Source of the DNA: Paraspadella gotoi
Lineage: Eukaryota; Animalia; Chaetognatha
Assembly (NCBI GenBank): GCA_051294375.1
Contig: CM119265.1
Coordinates: 1,852,280 to 1,916,279 of the forward strand
Length of the DNA: 64,000 nucleotides
Reading direction: 5' to 3'
Made by a program: the position numbers and the translations under genes. Each line of letters starts with the position of its first letter. Position 1 is the stretch's first letter. Below the pieces are notes generated by a model that was given only the letters and a program-made list of their open reading frames with translations, did no database searches and had not been told where the DNA came from. Shown in pieces: positions 40,201 through 50,900 of this stretch.

Positions 40201-41124
40201 CATTATTTAATTTATTATTATATACATTATTACCATATTATTTTATTAATATCATTTATGCTGAAACACACATTACACAATCAGCACCTGAACAGAGGCG
40301 TATCTCTTGGCGCAGATGCAACACACTCTGGAATTCCACCGTTCCGGATGGTGCGCCTTGACGTGCGAGACGAGGGCGCCGTAAGTCAACGATTCGGCGC
40401 CGCAAACGAAGCAGATGTTGGCGTCGGCGGGACGAGGGCGTCCGTCCGTGTAACGGCCCATTTGACGGGCGATGCCATGAAGTTCGAGGGACGAGGCTGG
40501 TTTGGGGGAGGGGTGTTAGAAACATAGTAGGAACACCGAAAGCTTTCAAACAATATTCTTTCACACTTCATTTTATTAACACCCAGTGTAAAATTAAACA
40601 TTAAGCATTTAGCTTAAAAAACTAACCTTCGTCTCCTGTTGGAAATATCCGCCGTCTCGGCGTCTCGGCTCCGGACGATTCCTTATCGTCGCCGACGTGG
40701 CGACGTTTGACGCCGGAGCGCCGCTTATGAGGCGAAGACGATGGCGCCGCGGACGCCGTCGTCTTTGGAGTCGATTCGGTCGTCGGATTCCCGATGGCTG
40801 TCGTCGTCGTCGATATTGATGGCGCAACGATTCCCATATTTTCTTGATCATTGATGATTATTGTTTCTTCCGTCGCCATTTTTTCGCCGATTCCGACTTT
40901 GGATCGACAATATTCAGCCGGTCGTTTAATCACGGGAACGACGAAGTCGTTTTCGTCTTCGTCATTGTCTCGTTCGACGCCGACGTCTTCGTTTCCGCGA
41001 ATTCGTTTGTCGGAGGCGAAGATCTTTCCTCGGACTGTGAAGATTGAACAAACGTACGAAAATCAACCGACGAACGACGAATATTACATGAGATCGCGTA
41101 TGATAAACTCACCCGAGACGCCAT
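37254..41124 (-). CDS. Second multi-exon C2H2 zinc-finger protein (spans an N-gap)
   Basis: CFVCG...HVKAHH, CCICAK, VHRYLRNHKCEICGKCYFARCDLVRHLMSVH, CTLCPK, CRRCG, CTVCDE, terminal CGCG...H. Confidence 0.72.
39856..39865. other. Assembly gap (10 N) with duplicated flanking sequence
   Basis: GAATCATGTAATAGTGATCCCTGAAAAAAA appears on both sides of the Ns. Confidence 0.95.
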
Positions 41125-41199
41125 TTCGCTTTTTAGGGGGAATCTAAATCTAAATCTAAATCTACGATTTGAAGTCGAATCGAGATTTTACGCCATATT

Positions 41200-41242
41200 C
41201 GTCGACGTCATCGCGATAATAGTGTTACGTTGTTATGGCAAC
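41200..41242. promoter_or_regulatory. Candidate promoter motifs: X-box-like GTTGTTATGGCAAC and CRE-like GACGTCA, ~80-120 bp upstream of the second ZnF ATG
   Basis: Motif match only. Confidence 0.3.
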
Positions 41243-41701
41243 GAAAGATGTCAAGGGCCCCAAGACCCGAGCGAGATTTACAATGTTCGTAGCTCTTCTA
41301 CTGTTTTTTTTTTAATTAATACTGCATTTTTGTTGGTAACTTTCACAACGAAAAATTTCCGAAGTTGGATCGAGTCCAAAGATAAGTTTGTTTTAAAACA
41401 CCTTTCAATCTTCGTTTTCCTTAATCAACTGTTTATTCCAACTTGGAAAAAAAAAAGGAACAACTTTTAAAAAATAAGGAGGATTTTAATGAAGTCCATT
41501 AATGCTTTAACATTAAACAATTAACTCCATACCTAACAATCAAAAACATTGTCAACTCGCAACTTGTTTTAACAATTTTTTTAAAAGAAAACAACAACTC
41601 GTAAAACCGTATGCATTGAGTGACGCAAAAACTATAAACCAAAACACGTAAGTTACTCTCAACTGTTTTAGTCTCAAGTCCTCCAAGTTCCACACTCAAG
41701 G

Positions 41702-44700
41702 TCAAAAACAAACGATTTTCTCGAATCCCTCCATTCTCAAAGAGTTCAACTCTTTCTCGTTCCAAACTTTAGGATTTCGGAAAAAATCGACGGGAAACTT
41801 TTTCGAGGTTGGCGTTGTCGTCGATCCTTTGAATTTTCTTAACGACCTCAAAGTAGTCCTGACATCGACGACGCTTAGACAACGAGGAAAATCAACGGAG
41901 AACGTTTCTTCTTCCTCATCATCCCCATCGCTCAAGCCCTTAACGAGTCCAGCCTCCTGCATCTTCCCCCACAAACGCCGCATCGCATCGAGAATCCTCA
42001 TCATCTCGAAGCGCTCTTCGGCGAAGGGGTTGGCGTCGCCTTTGTCGAAAAGTTGCTCGGCGCCAGAGAATTGCTCGTCGTCTTGGTCGAAACCGTTAAC
42101 GGCGTCGTCGTCGACGACGAAAGTCTTCAACGGCGACAGCAACAACTCCTTCAACGTCTCGAAGCAATCCCAGTAGAGATTCTCGTCGATGTTGTCGACC
42201 ATCGAAGAGAGAAAATCTTCGTCTTTTGTGGAGGCGAATCTGATGGTCGATCTGATGACTGCTTCGTCGCATTGACTCAAAAAATGAAGCAGAAGCCAAA
42301 CTCGGATTTTAAGACGAGAAAATCTCAAAGGATCTAAGAGGATCACTTTGGAAAGTCTCGTCAAACTTTCCGCAACTGTTAATCTCAAGGCGCCGCTCTC
42401 TTCCGGATTCGCGTTGTTTTCCAAGACCCGCAAATAACGTTCCAACGGATCGTCCACTCGGGTCAGTTGGCTCAGTTGGCAAAGCCTTTCCGCCAAGACT
42501 CCTCCGATTTCGACGGCACGCCGCAAAACCTTATCGAAGGAAGTCGTTTCGCAAAGACGCAACGTTTTCTCCAACATCGTCTTCGTTTCGATTTCCGAGA
42601 AATGAAGACTCGATCTCCTCAACTTCGTCGTCGCCAAATGAATCATGGAGGCGAGCGAATCGCAGTCGCCTTTAAATCCTTCGAGCGAATCGAAGACGAC
42701 GCCGAAAACTCGTCCGTCGACGTCGTCTTCCAAAGGAACGTCCTTCAAGGATTCCGCGCAGACGAATCGAATCTCGGCGCTACGGTTTTGCTTTAGGCAC
42801 AAATCGATCAACTCGGTCGTCGCGAGTCGAGGATTCAGAGCGAGGAATTTCATGGAGAGTCCGACGGCTGATCGAGAAGCGAAGGTGAAGCCGGGAATGT
42901 GTTTTAGAGAATGAAATCGATCCAGATAAAATTTGACGAATTCGTTCACGAATTTAAAGTTTATTTTAGCGTCGACTCCATCTCTATCAGCGTCGAGAGA
43001 TAGAAAGACAGCGTCCCAGAAAGAAGATTGCAAAATCAAATTCTTTTTAAATTTTTCCGTCTCGACGAAGCGAAATATTTCTCCGAATTTCCCCGAGAGA
43101 AGGTCGTAATTTTGCTCCTGACCAGCGACGAATTTAATGACCAGCAAAAGGCCGTGAGTTTTGTTGGCGCCGATTCGTTCGTCTTGCAATTCCGCAACGA
43201 TCTCGTCCATCAGGTGAGAATCGACGAGCGGCACCAAAGCCTTGGCCGCGCAGATTCTCGTCTTCATGATCGGCGACGACAACGACGTCATAATTAGCGG
43301 CAGGAATCGATCGAGACTCGAAACGCCGCCGAGTTCCTCCTGCGGCGACGGCAACAGCCGCGCCAGAACGATCAGAGCAGGAAAGAGGCGCGGGTTGAGC
43401 GCCAGCGGCCGATCCGCGGCTTCCGTTAGAATCTCCATCAAAAAATCTTTCATCGGACGAAATCTGGCGAAAAACTCGAAGGCATTCATGCAGTTCTTCT
43501 TGGGCGGAAGAGCGTCGTCGTCCTCGTCATCGTGCGAGCGGGCGTAGACGCCGAAGGTTCGCTGCATGAGGGCGCTAAAGAGGAGCGTCGAGGAATTCCT
43601 CACCATCCAATTGCTGGCGGCGAATCCGCGAATGGAAGCGACGAAGCAGTCGGCGACGCTGGAGAGGACGGCGTCGCCGAATCTCGCGTCCTTGACGATC
43701 ATCCTCAACACGTTCATCGCGTGGACGGAGACGGACTCCAACTTCTCCGCCCGACGCATCAAAGTCTTCAGCGTCTGTTCGAAGATGAAGAGACCCTTTT
43801 TGGTTCGCGGATCCGACGCCGAGAGAAGAGCGACGACGCAGTAGGGCAATCCCGCGCTGCGCCGTGTGTTGGTAACGACGTCGGCGTGCTCCGCGGCGCG
43901 TAGCAGATCTTCGAGCCACTTGGCCGGCAGATCCGAGTTGAGCCGCGAGTCGGAACTCCACAACACTTTGGCGACTTTGATGAAACCCTCGTAGCCGACC
44001 TCAAAAGCGCCGCGGTGTTTGCTTTCCAACATTTGACGGAGAAAATCTTCGCCGATTTGACCGAAGATTTCCGGTCGCAACAAAAGTGCTCCGTTATCCT
44101 TGGCGCCGCTGAGCCTCTCCGCCACGAAACCCAAATGAAGAGAGACTTCCTTCATCGTTCGCCAACTGCAGAGCAGAAGCATTTGAGATGTGACGGTGGA
44201 CGAGCCGTTCCGCTCCACGTCGGGCATGAAGCCTTCGGGAGAAGACGACGAAACTATTGGGCCGACGACGGCGGCGGCTCTGAAGCAGATCGTCAACAAA
44301 CGGTCGATGATCTGTATCGATTCTCCGTCGAACTCGATGGAATCTCTGCCGTTCCAAAGCAGGAGACGAAGACAGAGGAAAGTGCCATACATGGGTCCCC
44401 GCTCCGCCGCCTCCAACAAATTCGACTCGGCCATCTCGACCTGCGATTCCAAACGCTTGAGCAAATCGCGCAAAACGGAGAATCGCGGTTTTGTATCCAC
44501 GACGCTGAGCAAACGGATGAGATAAGAAGCGGAGAGACTTTCCTGCGGTTTCGTCGAAACGAGTTTTTCGTGACCGACCGACCACAACTCTTCTCTCGCT
44601 TCTCTGGGCAACCAAGTCTCTCGCCTGGATTCTTCTCTCCATAAGGCGTCGATCTTCGTCAAAATTTCCATCGCCAGTTCCATGTTGTCTTCGTAGGAAT

Positions 44701-46813
44701 CGCAGAGGCACTTGACGATTGGAAGGACGTGGGTCTCCGCGTCGAAGAATTCCGAGAGGGCGAAGACTCGTCGGCCGATTTCGTCGCTGAAGACGTCGTC
44801 GACGAGGTGTTTGTAATGATTGATCGCCGTCGTTCGTCGCGGATAATTAGCCGAAAAGCAGAGGCCTTCGACGGAGAGATCGAGGACCTTCTTTAAGTAG
44901 TCTTTGTAACATTGAAGACAATCTTTGTGTTCGACAGGATCCTCCTTTTGCAGATGAGAAGCGCTGATGCAGAGGTTCGTCAAGAAATCGCTGTGGAGTG
45001 AAAATAGATTTTGACGAAAGAAGGGAGATTGAGAATTGGGATGCGAAGATAGAAAAGAAAAGACGAGATCGAGATGAGACGATGGAATCGGAAGACTCGG
45101 TCGTTTAACCTCGGCCAGGAAAGCAAAAGCCTCCAAGCAAATCTGATCGTCGGAGCTAGACAAGCACGTGGACAAGACATCTTCCGACGAGACGGGCAAC
45201 TCGAGATTGTAAGACTTGGCCAATCTCAAGCATTTCATCAAGGCGCCGAGGATGGAATGGTTGGATGTAAAATCTGGAAAGGCCACGAGAATTTCCGTCA
45301 ACTTTTGAACGACGTAAGGAAAGAATCGGGAGATTTTCGGGATCATGGTCGTCAATATCCAAGGAGACGTGGGACTCGAATTCTTAAATTGCTCCGCTAT
45401 GGCACGGATCCAAACGAAATGTTCGCTTCTCGGCGAAGCTTGCAAGCAGTGGATGAAGAGTTTCGTAATTTGACAAGCATAGGAACTGTCGCTCATTTTA
45501 TCAAGCATTTTTCTTGGGAAATCCGTTTGAGAACGGAGAATGACGCCGGCTCCGTTGGCTTTAACGAAGGAGTTGAGAAGAGGAAGATAATTTCCTTGGA
45601 GAATGACGGGCAAGAGGCGAGTTTGAAACGACGACGACGACGTCGTCGATCCGTTTTTCTCGAAAAGGACGACGTTGGAGAAAATCTCCTCCAACTGATG
45701 ACGCAAGCAATCCATTGGAAATTCCCAAAAAGTCCAAACGAAGTCGAGCATCGACGTCATCAACGTCGAAGGCCAAAGAAAAAACGAGACGCGATTCTCA
45801 TCCAATTTTTGCGCCTCCAACATTTTCTTCGTCCATTGAGAAAAACATTTGGCGAAGATCAAAATCTCTCCCGCTTTTAAATCTACCTCCTTCGAGGCCA
45901 GTAAGTCGATGAGGACTCTCTCGAGAAGCTCCACGTGGTCCACGACGGTGGAAGGCGTCAGCGCCGGCCACGAGGAAAAGAGCGCGTGGTGCATGAAGAC
46001 TTTATTGCTCGGCTCCACCGACAGCAACGACTCATTGACGAAAGCCGAAGAGAAGCCTTCGACGAGATTGAGTTTGTTGAGATGCACCAAACAAATGGCG
46101 GCGCTGGTGTGACAATCCAATGGCAACGCCTCCGAAGACAACACGGCGCTCAACTCGTTGGAGATCGAGGCTTTCGTCGTTTCTTCCACGCAGCATCCTT
46201 CCTTCATCAACAGCAATGTCAAGGTTTTCACGCGGAAAAGAATTCGCTTGATGACGTCGTTGTCGAGCCCGAGAGTCTTCTCCGCCAATCCGGTGGAGAG
46301 ACGATGAAGACTCGAAGCCAACGATCGACCAATCGAGTTCGATCTCGACATCGCCGCTCGAATCCCGAGAGAGAAATCGTTTTGAAGCAGAAGATTCGTT
46401 GCTTCGACGCGAAGTGTGTCGTCGTCGTTGTAGTCTTCGGCGACCAACTTCTCCCCCAATCGAGCGACGATTCCTTCGTGCGTCGAAGGCGGAAAAGCGA
46501 GAAGGATTTGCATGAGTTGTCGCTTAAGTTGAATAGCGACATCGGAGAGAAAGAGACCCGAAACGAGGGCGTCGACGAGCGGCCCGACGGGTTCGGCGTC
46601 GAGGACGGCGGCGTCCGCGCTCTTCAACGTCGCCAACAATTGGCTCAGACTTCGCTGTTGTTCGGAAAGGATCGTCGATTGGACCGCGTGACGTAAGAAG
46701 GCGAAGAGGAGAGAGGAAGAGGCTTCGGCGCTGGCGAGCGAGTCGAGGTCGAGAGCGAAGGAAGAGCGAACCACGTTCGAACGCTTGCAAGTTTTTTTCT
46801 TTTCTTTCTTCAT
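41702..46813 (-). CDS. THADA: THADA / Trm732 (tRNA 2'-O-methylation cofactor, ARM repeats, DUF2428); intronless
   Basis: CSWRTMKEVS, SKHRGAFE, TRRSAGLP, VHAMNVLR, W.VRNSSTLLFSALMQRTFG. The ORF-track start at 46867 lies inside a TIR, so the ATG at 46813 is preferred. Confidence 0.9.
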   Translation of the reverse strand: MKKEKKKTCKRSNVVRSSFALDLDSLASAEASSSLLFAFLRHAVQSTILSEQQRSLSQLLATLKSADAAVLDAEPVGPLVDALVSGLFLSDVAIQLKRQLMQILLAFPPSTHEGIVARLGEKLVAEDYNDDDTLRVEATNLLLQNDFSLGIRAAMSRSNSIGRSLASSLHRLSTGLAEKTLGLDNDVIKRILFRVKTLTLLLMKEGCCVEETTKASISNELSAVLSSEALPLDCHTSAAICLVHLNKLNLVEGFSSAFVNESLLSVEPSNKVFMHHALFSSWPALTPSTVVDHVELLERVLIDLLASKEVDLKAGEILIFAKCFSQWTKKMLEAQKLDENRVSFFLWPSTLMTSMLDFVWTFWEFPMDCLRHQLEEIFSNVVLFEKNGSTTSSSSFQTRLLPVILQGNYLPLLNSFVKANGAGVILRSQTDFPRKMLDKMSDSSYACQITKLFIHCLQASPRSEHFVWIRAIAEQFKNSSPTSPWILTTMIPKISRFFPYVVQKLTEILVAFPDFTSNHSILGALMKCLRLAKSYNLELPVSSEDVLSTCLSSSDDQICLEAFAFLAEVKRPSLPIPSSHLDLVFSFLSSHPNSQSPFFRQNLFSLHSDFLTNLCISASHLQKEDPVEHKDCLQCYKDYLKKVLDLSVEGLCFSANYPRRTTAINHYKHLVDDVFSDEIGRRVFALSEFFDAETHVLPIVKCLCDSYEDNMELAMEILTKIDALWREESRRETWLPREAREELWSVGHEKLVSTKPQESLSASYLIRLLSVVDTKPRFSVLRDLLKRLESQVEMAESNLLEAAERGPMYGTFLCLRLLLWNGRDSIEFDGESIQIIDRLLTICFRAAAVVGPIVSSSSPEGFMPDVERNGSSTVTSQMLLLCSWRTMKEVSLHLGFVAERLSGAKDNGALLLRPEIFGQIGEDFLRQMLESKHRGAFEVGYEGFIKVAKVLWSSDSRLNSDLPAKWLEDLLRAAEHADVVTNTRRSAGLPYCVVALLSASDPRTKKGLFIFEQTLKTLMRRAEKLESVSVHAMNVLRMIVKDARFGDAVLSSVADCFVASIRGFAASNWMVRNSSTLLFSALMQRTFGVYARSHDDEDDDALPPKKNCMNAFEFFARFRPMKDFLMEILTEAADRPLALNPRLFPALIVLARLLPSPQEELGGVSSLDRFLPLIMTSLSSPIMKTRICAAKALVPLVDSHLMDEIVAELQDERIGANKTHGLLLVIKFVAGQEQNYDLLSGKFGEIFRFVETEKFKKNLILQSSFWDAVFLSLDADRDGVDAKINFKFVNEFVKFYLDRFHSLKHIPGFTFASRSAVGLSMKFLALNPRLATTELIDLCLKQNRSAEIRFVCAESLKDVPLEDDVDGRVFGVVFDSLEGFKGDCDSLASMIHLATTKLRRSSLHFSEIETKTMLEKTLRLCETTSFDKVLRRAVEIGGVLAERLCQLSQLTRVDDPLERYLRVLENNANPEESGALRLTVAESLTRLSKVILLDPLRFSRLKIRVWLLLHFLSQCDEAVIRSTIRFASTKDEDFLSSMVDNIDENLYWDCFETLKELLLSPLKTFVVDDDAVNGFDQDDEQFSGAEQLFDKGDANPFAEERFEMMRILDAMRRLWGKMQEAGLVKGLSDGDDEEEETFSVDFPRCLSVVDVRTTLRSLRKFKGSTTTPTSKKFPVDFFRNPKVWNEKELNSLRMEGFEKIVCF

Positions 46814-46855
46814 CGTGGGAGTTTTTGGTTTTATACAAACTAAAATGAGGATGTA

Positions 46856-47586
46856 CAGCGTGACCATTTGAAACCCGCCGATAGAAAAAATTCACCAAAT
46901 GAATATGTCAAAAGATTTTAATATTTAAAAAAAGATATTGAAAAATAAAACACTCATTTTTTATATATAAATATTATTATTTGTACTTTAATAGGAAGAG
47001 GTAACAGATAGCTTTGAAAATGATCTCCCTGCTCAATAGCTTAATGTTTTTGAATAAAAAAAAATTGTCTTACTTTTTTAATGATTTATTTAAAAAATAA
47101 TAATAATATTGATATTACCTAAAAGCTCTTGAAAAACTGTGTACTATGATATATTTTTTAATTCTCTAACATAAAATAATATATTTTTAAAGCCTAATCA
47201 AAATTAGAAAGTACAGAATTGTGATTACCTTAGCATTAAAAATAATTAATTGTAAAATAAATTATTGTTGATAAATTATAATTGGTATTCCTAAATCCAT
47301 TTTTAATGGGCTTTCTTGCAATACTTATATTTATACAAATTAGTAAGATTATGATTGCTTAAAAGAATTATGAATTCCAAATAACGAATTTCTTTTTATT
47401 TTTGAATAAAAAGCTCGAGTTTGCTCTATCTTTTTTTGCTCATTACGTGTTCAAAACAATTATCAAAAAATTTATACATAAAAAATGAATGTCTTATCTT
47501 TAAGTATCTTTTTCAAAATATTAAAATCTCTTTATATTCTTGTTTGGTGAATTTTTTCTAGCGGCGGGTTTCAAATGGTCACGCTG
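46856..47586. mobile_element. MITE, Tc1/mariner-like
   Basis: TIR CAGCGTGACCATTTGAAACCCGCCG.TAGAAAAAATTCACCAAA at both ends, TA on each flank, AT-rich noncoding interior. Confidence 0.88.
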
Positions 47587-47916
47587 TAAATGGAATGTAA
47601 GATGTAAATGAATAAAAAAGGGAAATAGTATCTGTGGAAATTGGAAAGTTTACAACATAATTTCTTAGCCTTAGGCTTAGGCAAAGTTTTCCGTCGACAT
47701 TCTGAAAATCCTTAAAATTTAGAGATTGTTTAATGTTTGTAATGTTTAATGTTTGTAATGTTTATAAATGGATTATTTGACTGAAAACAAGAAAAACAAA
47801 ACGAGTGAACAAAAATAAATACATGCAATACACAGACGACTAAATAATTTGATTCTGTAAAGTTGATTTTTCTCAACCGAAAAAAAAAAGAAAAGAAATC
47901 TTTTCATGAAAAAAGA

Positions 47917-50900
47917 CTAATCTACGCCAGAATACAATTGCACGGATCGCCTCTTCAAAATTTTTTTGGCTTTGACTCCGTCTCCCGATTCCAAAAAGGC
48001 TCTCAATCTCACGAGAGTCTCTCTCTCTTCCATTAATTCCTTGAGACTCGCGACTTCTGAGTCGAAGCCAACGATGGAAGCGTAGACGGTTTCCTCTTCT
48101 CGAGAAATCAAATCTAAGATCTTCGGAACTGCAGCGTCTAAAATGGTCAGGTCGAGTGAAGACCCCGTCGACGAATCGGAAATTCTAATTTCTCTGATAT
48201 CCAAGTCCGATTCAAACTGGACAAATCTCTGCTCCACTTCGGGTGACCTCTGAAGGGGAAGAGCCAAGTCGGGAGTCTTCTGATAAGACGGGTCTAACTC
48301 CAAAATCGGACTCTCTGCGTAATTTACTTTTCTAACGCACAATCTGAGGCTTCGCCTCAAGCCAACAATTTCATCCTTTTCCTCTCTGCGCTCACATTTT
48401 TCATATTCGTCATTTCGATATTTTTCTTCACCTTCTTTCGTTTCGAATTGTTGACCTTGCGTCTGATTCGTTTCTTGATGATCTTCCAGCCTTTTTTTAT
48501 TTTGGTTGTATTCTACTTTCTTTCCTCTTATTTTGTCGCTTTCTTCCTGCGTTTTTCTTAATTCTTCCTGTGTTTTTCCTGCTTCAGGTTCTTTTTGCAC
48601 ATGACCTCCTACTTCATTTCCGGCTCCGGTACTCGAGGTTTTCTTCCTTTTTACAGGTGCCCAATTGACGTCATTGCAGGTATCTAAGGTATTTTTGTCT
48701 CTTTTTTTCGATGACCGGTTGAGAGTCATTTGTTTCTGCAATTGAAAAGAATTTTCAGCCTCATTGAAATCGTCAAAAATAGAATAGTCAGCATTCAAAG
48801 GTTTTTTATGCAAAGCCTTTTTTTCCGCATTAGAAATGATCACTGGTTTGCATCTCTTGAGCGGGTGATTTTCCATGCGGCTCACTCGACTTTTAAAAAA
48901 CTTTTTCTCGTTTTGATTAGAAGGTAATGTTCCTAAACAGTTGGAATTAATATCATACTGTCGATTTAAAACCTTTGAAACTCCAGCGGGAACAACCTTT
49001 ATACTATTTTCTTTTTCTTTTACAAAAATTGTTTCTGGATAAGATGACGAAAGATTATTTACGCTAAGAGAAGATTGACTACATTGAGACATGAAATCAC
49101 TATCGGCTGAATATAATTTTCGTTTTTCCTTTTCGGTATCATTTTGATTGCGAGACGCAGGAAAAAAACTTGTGCTTGTTAGGGAAAAATTACCGGCAAT
49201 ATTATCACCAACAGTACTTATTTTAATCTTCTTCCTTTCTTTTTTCTTTGGCTTTAAGATAACATCTTGGTAACGTCCTATAATGCAGTGACTTTTCTTT
49301 TTTATGTTAGAATAGAAATCTTTTTCATCTTCATTATCCATATCATTTTCTGAAATAATTTGGTTTTCGATAACTTCATCCCTTGAAATTTTATCCTGTA
49401 TAAGTTTATCCCCATCAGTTGAAACTTGATGAAGTTTATCCAGAGTATTATTATCGCTAACAGTTGAAACGTTTTGAGGAAGAATTTGGTTTTCGATAAT
49501 TTCATCTCTTGCAATTACATCCTGAATATTTTCGCTAACAATTGAAACTTCGTTTTGAAGTTTATTCTGATCATTATCATTGCAAGTAGTTAAAACGTTT
49601 TGTGGAATACTTTGTCTTGGGATGTATTCATCGTCTTTCAAATTTTCATTGTCATTATTATTTTCAACGGGACAATTTTCTTTGGGACTATTATGTTCAG
49701 CGAATTGGTTGCTGTTCACAAGTTTATCGTTCAAGTTATCGGCAGCAGAAGAAACTTGAATAACTTCTTTATTAATTAACTTGGTATTAACGCTTGCAGC
49801 AACTTCTTTAATATTTATTACTTCTTCCACCCGTGTCACATTTTCAGAAGAAAAAGCATTAGGCACAGCCTCTTTCTGCTGCACAGGCTGTTTATCATAA
49901 AGTTGTTTATCACACGGCTGGTGTTCATACAGCTGCTCGCGCGAAACTGTATTATTGTCTACTATATGAGAAGCTCCCGCTTGCTCATCGTCATTAGTAG
50001 AAAGACAGGGGCCGTTGGTGGACTTGTTTTCAATTTGATTTTGCATTAATTTTGAATTCTGGTCCGGTACTGAATCCACGTATGCCATAGTGGTTTCTTG
50101 ATTGATATTTTCCATACTTTTATCTCCATCCTCAGTTTTTTCCGACTCATTACCAGCAGTTTCAGCAGACTTATTAGGAGATTCCACTCGTGGCTGAGAA
50201 TTAAAATCCTGAATCGCGGCAGAGAGCTCCACGTTTTTATCTCGTAAAATTTGAATTTTTTCGGCCAAGTCAGATTTGCTGAGCCGTTTTTCTTTGGCCA
50301 TATTCCGAGTAGCTGTTTCGGTCACGTCACCATTTTTCTTTGTAAACTTTTTTATGCTTTCTTTAATTTGTCTCAGACGATTGGTGAGTTTGTCTTTCCT
50401 TTTTTTGCTCACGCGACCGGGACGTGAAACACGTTTCTGTGGACTGCCTTCGATTGGTTGAGAGGAATCATCATCTGGAGCGGCGGTTGACTTATCTTGC
50501 AGTTTCTCTAAATTAGGCTCGACTTCCGAATCTCGGCCAACAGTTTCTTCATTTTGTGTCTCGGGAACAATCTCTAACGATTCACCTTCTTTGTAATTGC
50601 TTTTTGTTACTGAAAAAGATGTCAAACTATTTCGTGGAGTTAATTTGGCCGACTTCAGGGTAGCTCCCGCTTCCTTCTGTGTCTCGGCTACAATAACTAA
50701 TGGACTTTTCTTAGTTTTACAATAATCATCAGTTGGCGATGTCAGATTGAGATGGATACTGCGTTTGATGATTTTAGAAGCTGTATCCAACTGATTCTGT
50801 TCATCAGTCTCAAAATTAGCAAGGTCTTCATTTTCTGTTTCAGGTACAATCTTTACTAAGCTTTCCTTTTTTTTGCATTTATGATGCTTTATCGCTTGTA

